DNA of 64,000 nucleotides from an uncultured candidate division Zixibacteria bacterium (GTDB lineage Bacteria > Zixibacteria > MSB-5A5 > GN15 > FEB-12): positions 1,280,001-1,344,000 of the forward strand of contig OY760907.1 of assembly GCA_963664195.1 (NCBI GenBank), given 5' to 3'. Under the pieces are notes generated by a model. It saw nothing but the letters and a program-made list of their open reading frames with translations. It made no database searches and was not told the DNA's origin. A program made the translations under genes and the position numbers. Below, in pieces: positions 57,468 to 64,000 of the stretch (position 1 is the first letter of the stretch; each line of letters opens with the position of its first letter).

Positions 57468-58271
57468 ATGTCAGAAACGGCCCCAGGGGAGAGAAGCGCT
57501 ATCACACGCTTACCGGAACAGTACTATTTTGGCAACGAGGTCCGACCGGTCTGGGTCGAGCCGCCCCCAACCTTGAGCTTCAAGCGGGCGTTATGGATAA
57601 TCGGCACCGCGATCTTTGTCAGCCAGATCTACAGTCTTGTACTGGTGATTGCCTACGGTTTCGATTTCGAAAACTACCCTGCGAGTTTCCACTATTATAG
57701 CGACGCCGGTTCGGTGATCTGGTACATGATTGCTGTCGCAATCGTCGGTCTGGATATCGGCCACCGCAAGCTGTCAATCTGGGATTTGATGAATCTGGAC
57801 ACGGCCATACTCCGGAAATCTCTGCCGACGGTCGGGAAATACTTCGCCGGATGCGCGGCAGCCGTGCTTCTTCTCTCGCTCATCATGCCCGAGGGAGAAC
57901 TCGGGCTAAAGAACATGCAGCCCTCGCTGGTTTTCCTGTCGTTTTTTGTGGTGGTAGTAATGGCTCCGGTATGCGAGGAAATCATGTTCCGGAGCTACCT
58001 GTACACGGCAATGATCCCCGTGTTCAAGCGGGAGAAAGAGCGCTTGATCGTCAACGCGATGCTGTTCGCGGCGGTGCATGTCTTTTTTGCGGCGTTTCTG
58101 CTCGGGGCGACGGTGCCGTACTACATCTTCATCATCGGATATCTCCTGGCCCGACTGTATGAAAAGACACGGTCTATTCTGCCGTGCATCTTGTTACATG
58201 CCCTGAACAATGGGTTGGCGTTTGCGACGGAGTACTTTGAATTCGGTACGAAGTTTGGCCTGCACGGCTAA
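57468..58271 (+). CDS. CPBP (CAAX/Abi) intramembrane glutamic endopeptidase
   Basis: EEIMFR, FAAVH, LHALNN. Confidence 0.9.
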   Translation: MSETAPGERSAITRLPEQYYFGNEVRPVWVEPPPTLSFKRALWIIGTAIFVSQIYSLVLVIAYGFDFENYPASFHYYSDAGSVIWYMIAVAIVGLDIGHRKLSIWDLMNLDTAILRKSLPTVGKYFAGCAAAVLLLSLIMPEGELGLKNMQPSLVFLSFFVVVVMAPVCEEIMFRSYLYTAMIPVFKREKERLIVNAMLFAAVHVFFAAFLLGATVPYYIFIIGYLLARLYEKTRSILPCILLHALNNGLAFATEYFEFGTKFGLHG

Positions 58272-58283
58272 GCCGCTCTCCGT

Positions 58284-58733
58284 TCAAGAGAAATTGTCAT
58301 TCACGTAATACACGTAGCAGTTGGCAATCTTGTCGTGCCACATCTGGTTCTTGCTGTCCCAGAAAGCATTCAGATATCCTATGTAGCAGACCAGGCCGGA
58401 GAGGAACCGACCTATCGTTTCGCGAAGAATGGCATATCCCACGCCGATCGGCCGACCGTGTTCGTCCAATACGGCAATGTTGAGAAACTTGCGCCCGAGC
58501 GATTGACCTGTCTTCCCCATACGGATCCAGTTGTTCCAGATACCGAATGCCATGGCCGCCGCCCAGATAAACACCATAGTGAGGATGTACGACGTGCTGG
58601 CGTCCCCAAGATAGACTTCGTCCCCTCGGATTATCATTGACGCGTACAGAGGAATGAAAAACAAGAACTGTAGAAAACCATCGATTAGCAGCGAGGCCAG
58701 ACGGGTCCAGACGTTTGCGTATTCGCGAGTCAC
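58284..58733 (-). CDS. RDD family protein
   Basis: RLASLLID, GQSLG, WHDKIA. Confidence 0.9.
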   Translation of the reverse strand: MTREYANVWTRLASLLIDGFLQFLFFIPLYASMIIRGDEVYLGDASTSYILTMVFIWAAAMAFGIWNNWIRMGKTGQSLGRKFLNIAVLDEHGRPIGVGYAILRETIGRFLSGLVCYIGYLNAFWDSKNQMWHDKIANCYVYYVNDNFS

Positions 58734-58742
58734 AAATCCCTC

Positions 58743-59165
58743 CTAAAGGTGTTCAGCCAGCGGGTATGCAATTCGGGCGAGCCAGATACAAACGGCCAGA
58801 ACAGCAATTGTTGGTGCCGACAAAAGGTGTGCGTTGACGGTGTACGGCAGACGTGTTGCCGTTTTCAGAGAGTCGGGTCGATTAGTCACGGCGCAGGTTA
58901 CGAGAAAAAGCAGCAACAAACCGCCCAGGGGATGATACCCGAAACTTCGTTCAAACTCAAAATGAAGCAGACAACTGGCGCTTCGACAAAGCCCACAGGC
59001 GGGACAGGGCATATCCGTCAGCAAATGGAAAGGACACAACTCCAAGCCGATTCCCTCCGAAGGCAATACGGCAAGGATGACCAACGCAATAACTGACGGC
59101 AGTCTGAATCGTACCTGGTTCACCGTGAGCAGCATCCGATGAATATACGCATTATTAGTCGACAA
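58743..59165 (-). CDS. DUF2752 domain protein
   Basis: CPFHLLTDMPCPACGLCRS..YHPLG; start uncertain. Confidence 0.85.
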   Translation of the reverse strand: MSTNNAYIHRMLLTVNQVRFRLPSVIALVILAVLPSEGIGLELCPFHLLTDMPCPACGLCRSASCLLHFEFERSFGYHPLGGLLLLFLVTCAVTNRPDSLKTATRLPYTVNAHLLSAPTIAVLAVCIWLARIAYPLAEHL

Positions 59166-59171
59166 AGCAAC

Positions 59172-61373
59172 CTATGTTTGCTCAGTCTCTTCGTTCACGG
59201 AGTCTTCGGCATCCTCCGGCGCTCCCTTCCACAGCGACTGGAAGTAGTAACTGATGGCGAGGAAAATACCGCCAAAGCCCATAAACAACAACACTCGCCA
59301 GATAGTCTCAAGTTTGGCAAGGTCCACCATGAACAGTTTGCCCACAACCAGTAGCAACGTCACCAGTGCGACCTGCCGCAATTGGTGACGATTCAGTCGC
59401 AAACCTGCAATCAATAGACCGATAGCGTACACGCCCCATGCAGCCGTGACTATTCCCTGTCCATTGGGGAGGGTGTGGAGTTCGCGAAGCAGCCAGGCGA
59501 GGATCGTAACGTGTGCCGCCAGCCGGTAGGTGACCTTCTCTGCGTAGGATCCGAAAGTACGCGGGAGACTCAGAGCGACTGCAACGATCGTAATATCCGT
59601 TAGTGCCTGCGGATTCAGTATTGCCGTCTCCGGCGTACACGCGAGAATCAAGCGTTCTGCCAACCAGCAGCCCAGCCCGACAAAGAGCGCGTGCCCGTAG
59701 CCACAGACCGCCCGGTCATCGAGCCAGCGGGCGATCATGTGAATCACGATAGCCTCAACGGCGAGGGCCAGGAGCAACGTGTTCCCGTCAAGCTCCCGAA
59801 CCAGCAAGCCTGCCAGAGCGGCGAATCCGACAAGCAGATACACACGTCGTTCCAAAAGGTTGCGGAGGATTTGCGAGAGGGCAAATGCAGCAGAAATCAC
59901 CCAGATATCGACCAGCAAATCGAGGGTTTGCCCTCCGCCAAGAACGTAGTCGATTTCCACCAGTCGGGTGAGGAGCCAGACCGTGACAATGGCAAAAAGG
60001 AAATGCGCTCCCGCTTTCATGATCCGGTCGGCTGTACGCTGAGCTACCAAATGCAGCACTACCGCCTCCGAAGCGAGAACAAACAGCAGCGTGTGATCCT
60101 CGAAAAATAGATACATTGCGACCGTAAACAGCAGCGTCCCGACCACCCCCTGTGTGTAAGCAAGGTTCTTCAGTTGCTCTGTACTCCGAAGCCTCCAGGC
60201 GACTACCCCGTAGACGGCCGTCGCCCCGAGACAGACCCACCCCCAGGTGTCGGTGTCGGCCAGATTCCATGTCGCTACCGAAATGCCCAGTGCTATCAGC
60301 GGTGATGAAACCGACAACCCGTGCACATGGCGGTCCATGACATCTTTAGCCGTGGTCGTCAGATGTTTGTCGGCGAACCCGAGCAGCGACTTGGGCCAGC
60401 GGGTTGGACGCTTGGCGGACAGAACCTCGCGGAGTACCGGCAGTCCCCAGAACGCCAGCCAGGCAAAGGCCGCTCCGGCCTGAACCGCAATCTGATCTGC
60501 CCGCACACTGCCCGTGTTAGTCAGCGCAATTGTCAGGACAGACCATCCACCGAGCACCGACACCCACAGCACCGAACGCCAACCCTTGAAGAAGTAGATC
60601 CCGACCGTGCCGCCCAGGATCAGACAGGTGTAACCGACCAGTCCCGGTATGTTTCCCTCGCCGGTATAGAGCAGGAACGGTGTCCCAAGTCCGCCGATGA
60701 CGCCTATTAATGACAGGATGGCGTCGTTCTGCCTTATCGAGAGGACAAACGCCAGAACAGTTGCTGCAACCATGAAGGCCATCGCGGCCGGCTGCGATAC
60801 TATATTGAGAATCTGAAACGCGGCAAAGCCGGTGATGTAGAACGTCGCCAGTCCGCCCCCCAGCAGCACGAGGCTGAAATGCCGTGTCTTCTCGTATGTG
60901 CGCAACCCCATGACGATCAGCCCGATACCAAGCGCCACACCAAAGGCAACCCGCACCGGCGGAGTCAGCCAGCCCTGGTCGATCGAGTACTTGAAGAGGA
61001 ACACGACCGAAAACAGCAGCAAGCCGATGCCTACTTTATTCAACCACCACTCGACTTTCTTCATGTAGTCCGGGATCTGGAACGACGGCTCGGTCTGTAA
61101 GGTCGACATCGGTGCCGGACGTGCCGGTGCTGTCGGTTGTGGTGGCGGTGGAGGCGGTGGTGCTGCCGGGCGAACCAAATCCGATGGATCTTCCACAACG
61201 CGATTGGGCTGCACCGGTTGAATCGGTTTGGTCGGAGTGGCTGGTTTGGTCGGGGCAGTCGATTTCTCACCAAGTAGCTCGTGCAGGCGGTCGATCTTTG
61301 TGCCCAGATCCTCGACTGCTTTTTCTAAGCTGCCTACGCGTTTTTCGAGATCGATTCGGTGTTGATCATCCAT
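59172..61373 (-). CDS. DUF2339 domain membrane protein
   Basis: WLNKVGI, KYSIDQGW, GGLGTPFL, KLFMVDL..RVLLF. Confidence 0.88.
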   Translation of the reverse strand: MDDQHRIDLEKRVGSLEKAVEDLGTKIDRLHELLGEKSTAPTKPATPTKPIQPVQPNRVVEDPSDLVRPAAPPPPPPPQPTAPARPAPMSTLQTEPSFQIPDYMKKVEWWLNKVGIGLLLFSVVFLFKYSIDQGWLTPPVRVAFGVALGIGLIVMGLRTYEKTRHFSLVLLGGGLATFYITGFAAFQILNIVSQPAAMAFMVAATVLAFVLSIRQNDAILSLIGVIGGLGTPFLLYTGEGNIPGLVGYTCLILGGTVGIYFFKGWRSVLWVSVLGGWSVLTIALTNTGSVRADQIAVQAGAAFAWLAFWGLPVLREVLSAKRPTRWPKSLLGFADKHLTTTAKDVMDRHVHGLSVSSPLIALGISVATWNLADTDTWGWVCLGATAVYGVVAWRLRSTEQLKNLAYTQGVVGTLLFTVAMYLFFEDHTLLFVLASEAVVLHLVAQRTADRIMKAGAHFLFAIVTVWLLTRLVEIDYVLGGGQTLDLLVDIWVISAAFALSQILRNLLERRVYLLVGFAALAGLLVRELDGNTLLLALAVEAIVIHMIARWLDDRAVCGYGHALFVGLGCWLAERLILACTPETAILNPQALTDITIVAVALSLPRTFGSYAEKVTYRLAAHVTILAWLLRELHTLPNGQGIVTAAWGVYAIGLLIAGLRLNRHQLRQVALVTLLLVVGKLFMVDLAKLETIWRVLLFMGFGGIFLAISYYFQSLWKGAPEDAEDSVNEETEQT

Positions 61374-61520
61374 CCCTTGTTACTCCGGTTTCGGTTAACG
61401 CCTCCACTTGCATGTCTGGATCATCACTGACTCGCAACTCGCACACTTCGACAGGCTCACAGACTCGTCTGGTTGCGTGACTTGCTGGTCGCGGTTGGCA
61501 AGGACCCGCCCGCTAAGACG

Positions 61521-62024
61521 TTATACTTTGCTTTTCAACTCTGCGATGAATGCCTCGTAATCACCCTCGGTGACCGCGTTCTTCGGAATGATAAGTGCGT
61601 TGGAGGTTTTGAGATAGATAAAAGTGTGATCTTCTGAGGATGATACTTTCTGGATTCCAGCCCAATCGGTATTGACGGTGGAAGAGCTGTCAGTGATTTC
61701 CAGACCATCGTTGTCGAGAGTCATCTCAACCGGATCCCGGAAATCCTTGCTCACCCCCGCGCCGATTTTCTTAGTGATACGCTTGGATACGAGCCATTTG
61801 TGATAGGCGGAATAGAAAAACCAGCACGCCACCGCCACCGTGAATCCGGCGAAAATCAAGTAGTCGAATTTCATCAGCACACCGACCACACCCATGATCG
61901 AAAATGCAATTGCAAACGCCAGACGGTTGGCACGGATAGACTTGGCTTGCTTCTCCGAGCCGCGAAGGTGATGCTCGACAAAGGCGATTTTATCTTTTAT
62001 TGACAGTTCATATTTGATCTTCAT
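61521..62024 (-). CDS. YcxB family protein
   Basis: Two TM helices then W..I..V...FIYL...ALIIPK. Confidence 0.75.
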   Translation of the reverse strand: MKIKYELSIKDKIAFVEHHLRGSEKQAKSIRANRLAFAIAFSIMGVVGVLMKFDYLIFAGFTVAVACWFFYSAYHKWLVSKRITKKIGAGVSKDFRDPVEMTLDNDGLEITDSSSTVNTDWAGIQKVSSSEDHTFIYLKTSNALIIPKNAVTEGDYEAFIAELKSKV

Positions 62025-62040
62025 AGTTCCGCCGGTCGTA

Positions 62041-62388
62041 TTAGCTCTTGATTTCTTCTATCACCGAGGTTCCTTCAACGCCGGACTCGTCATCTCTCCA
62101 GGCCTCGTGGACCCGATACCGCCCGTCGGCAAGAATTGCCGGTGTTGAAGTGCACGTTCCCGATACGAACTTGCCGTCCTTGTTGAGGAACATCCATCTC
62201 ATATCTAAAACGCCCCGATCCCCCTTTTGTGCAACCAGCGTTCCGAACTGAACCCCGCCGCCCTCGTAGGTCCCCCAAACGACATCACCCTTCTGGTAGT
62301 AGTGGAAGCGAGTGTCCTGAGTGAGGTCGCCGTCGTCGTAATTCTCGATACCGACAAACGTGCGGCCGTTGTAATTGAACTCGCTCAC
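62041..62388 (-). CDS. Small beta-barrel protein (family often annotated 'N-acetylglutamate synthase')
   Basis: NYNGRTF, FHYYQKGDVVWGTYEGG, GTSVIEEI; GTG 62388 overlaps upstream stop. Confidence 0.7.
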   Translation of the reverse strand: MSEFNYNGRTFVGIENYDDGDLTQDTRFHYYQKGDVVWGTYEGGGVQFGTLVAQKGDRGVLDMRWMFLNKDGKFVSGTCTSTPAILADGRYRVHEAWRDDESGVEGTSVIEEIKS

Positions 62389-62666
62389 TGCGATCCTCCC
62401 TGAGATTTGCGGACTTTGGACCAGTACGGCCACTTGCACTGTTCTTTTGGAAGTGCAGGATTTTCGGCCTGTGCGATGGCTGCGGAGAAGACATCCTGAC
62501 AGCAAATGTCGATCTTTTCGCCCCGCAGGCTTTGCAGCCGGCTGAGCAGCACAGCTGCTTCTTTCCCGACCAATTGTTCGACCCGCGTGATGCCCAGACG
62601 ATGGAAATCGTCGACAGTGGCCTTACCGACCGAGACGAGATCGATGAGTTGTCGTGAGTCTTTCAT
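62385..62666 (-). CDS. Helix-hairpin-helix protein (Cdd1/mitomycin-resistance-like)
   Basis: LVSVGKATVDDFHRLGI, DICCQDVF, KWPYWS. Confidence 0.8.
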   Translation of the reverse strand: MKDSRQLIDLVSVGKATVDDFHRLGITRVEQLVGKEAAVLLSRLQSLRGEKIDICCQDVFSAAIAQAENPALPKEQCKWPYWSKVRKSQGGSQ

Positions 62667-62696
62667 GCCGGAGTATGGCACGATGAGACAGCCGGG

Positions 62697-63629
62697 TCAA
62701 TCACAAATGTGGGACCCGTCTGGTTGCAGAGAGCTCTGAGCGCTCGGTGGTCCGCCGTCCACGATGGGAGAAACTGGTATCGCCTCCGCCGGCGGTTCCT
62801 TCATCTCGCGGAGTTTCAGGTAGGCGGTGCCCGTGACTGCAAAGACTATCGGTGTCCAAATGGCAAACGACAGTATCCGGAGCTCAGCCAGCAGGATATC
62901 GCCTATCTCCGGTGTTCTTGTCGGATCCCACGCGGACGCGTGCGGGAGCGTTAGAATCCAGGGAATATCGGGTGCTATCCCCATCAGGAGCAGGATAATG
63001 CCGAGACAGAACACGCTTGAGGAGCTTCCTCTTCCCAGGTGCCAGCTTCTTCCTAGAGCATTGAGAGGCCCTAATCCCGACTCGTCCATCAGGAAGAAGA
63101 ACACAGGCCAAAAGCGAAGCGGAACCGTGAAGTACGCCGCAAGAACAAGGAAGTAGCAGCATGCTGCGAAGACTAGTAGCGTCATCGTGATTGCCGGCGG
63201 AAGGAAGTCGACCACTTCGAACGACACCACCATTGTCAGCACGAGCGGAACTGCGGAGACTGCAATGATTCCCACCATTGACCAGTACGCCCCGTGCACG
63301 GCCCCGAGCCGTCTGAAACCCGCCAGCAAATCCACGGCTCGGGGGCGTTGTCCCCGTGCCATGCTCAGACCGAACCGACACAGGCCCGCCAACACGGCCG
63401 GCATGCAAACGAAGAAGGCCAACATGGCCAGATGGCCAATCTTGATTATGGTGAAAGCTTGTTCGACATTCAGATCCTGCGTAAACACCCACCTGGGGGC
63501 GTGTTGCGGTGCAGTCAGAATCAAGTAGATCAGCAGGCAACAGCCCATTGCCGGCCACTTGTTTCTCCAGAAGGCCTTCAGGCCGTCGAGAAGACAATCC
63601 GAGACGCTAAGTTTCTGTTCTGTATCCAT
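62697..63629 (-). CDS. Integral membrane protein (DUF975-like)
   Basis: Several TM helices; NALGRSWHL motif. Confidence 0.65.
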   Translation of the reverse strand: MDTEQKLSVSDCLLDGLKAFWRNKWPAMGCCLLIYLILTAPQHAPRWVFTQDLNVEQAFTIIKIGHLAMLAFFVCMPAVLAGLCRFGLSMARGQRPRAVDLLAGFRRLGAVHGAYWSMVGIIAVSAVPLVLTMVVSFEVVDFLPPAITMTLLVFAACCYFLVLAAYFTVPLRFWPVFFFLMDESGLGPLNALGRSWHLGRGSSSSVFCLGIILLLMGIAPDIPWILTLPHASAWDPTRTPEIGDILLAELRILSFAIWTPIVFAVTGTAYLKLREMKEPPAEAIPVSPIVDGGPPSAQSSLQPDGSHICD

Positions 63630-63702
63630 GTTATCCTCTCTGTTAGTTGTCGGTACATTGATGCTCGAGAATTAGAATTCTCGGCAAACAGAGAGGCAGA
63701 TA

Positions 63703-63999
63703 TCACTTCAACAGCAGCATCTTCCGAGTCTGGACAAAGCCATCCGTTGTCAGGCGGTAGAAGTACACGCCCGTGGCCACGGGATTCCCCGTACTGTCGC
63801 GCCCATCCCACCGAATCGTGTAGTCCCCCGCCGGGCGTTCCTCATCGAGCAACGCGTGCACCTGCTCTCCGGCGACGTTGTACACGTTGACCGTAGCGTA
63901 CGACCTGCGCGACAGGGAGAAGCTGATATTTGTATGCGGATTGAACGGATTCGGGTAGTTCTGAGACAGCGCAATACGATCGGGCAGCGCATTTGGTGC
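63703..63999 (-). CDS. C-terminal part of a secreted protein with T9SS-CTD/FlgD Ig-like domain (5' end outside window)
   Basis: LSQNYPNPFNP..VYNVAGEQV..WDGRD..ATGVYFYRL..RKMLLLK. Confidence 0.88.
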   Translation of the reverse strand, partial: APNALPDRIALSQNYPNPFNPHTNISFSLSRRSYATVNVYNVAGEQVHALLDEERPAGDYTIRWDGRDSTGNPVATGVYFYRLTTDGFVQTRKMLLLK

Positions 64000-64000
64000 G

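Noticed and set aside
1..64000. tRNA, rRNA, prophage or transposase genes
   Set aside because: None recognised by eye; tRNAscan/Infernal not run

Overview
Bacterial chromosomal window containing the replication origin (dnaA-oriC-dnaN-recF). The lineage is probably candidate phylum Zixibacteria or a related FCB-group organism, inferred from dockerin + NYPNPFN C-terminal-domain proteins. It holds housekeeping genes (ileS, lspA, greA, ilvC, nadC, birA, mutM, pepF, CBS/CGL), a sigma54-promoter-driven exopolysaccharide locus, two TonB-dependent receptors (one under a TPP riboswitch) and several REP-like palindrome families. The best finding is an ORF missed by the ORF track (73..312, minus). It reads through an in-frame TGA at a position where similar proteins have Cys and is followed by a SECIS-like hairpin, so it is a candidate new membrane selenoprotein in an OsmC-DUF302-(Sec protein)-FmdB operon. 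Other notable items: a two-gene island with a divergent class III nucleotidyl cyclase, a four-gene cohesin/dockerin lipoprotein array, two apparent pseudo-enzymes, a GIHH-type IleRS2, a 56-aa Cys4 microprotein, several apparently leaderless genes and a candidate structured ncRNA. All family assignments come from motif recognition by eye; no database search was run.
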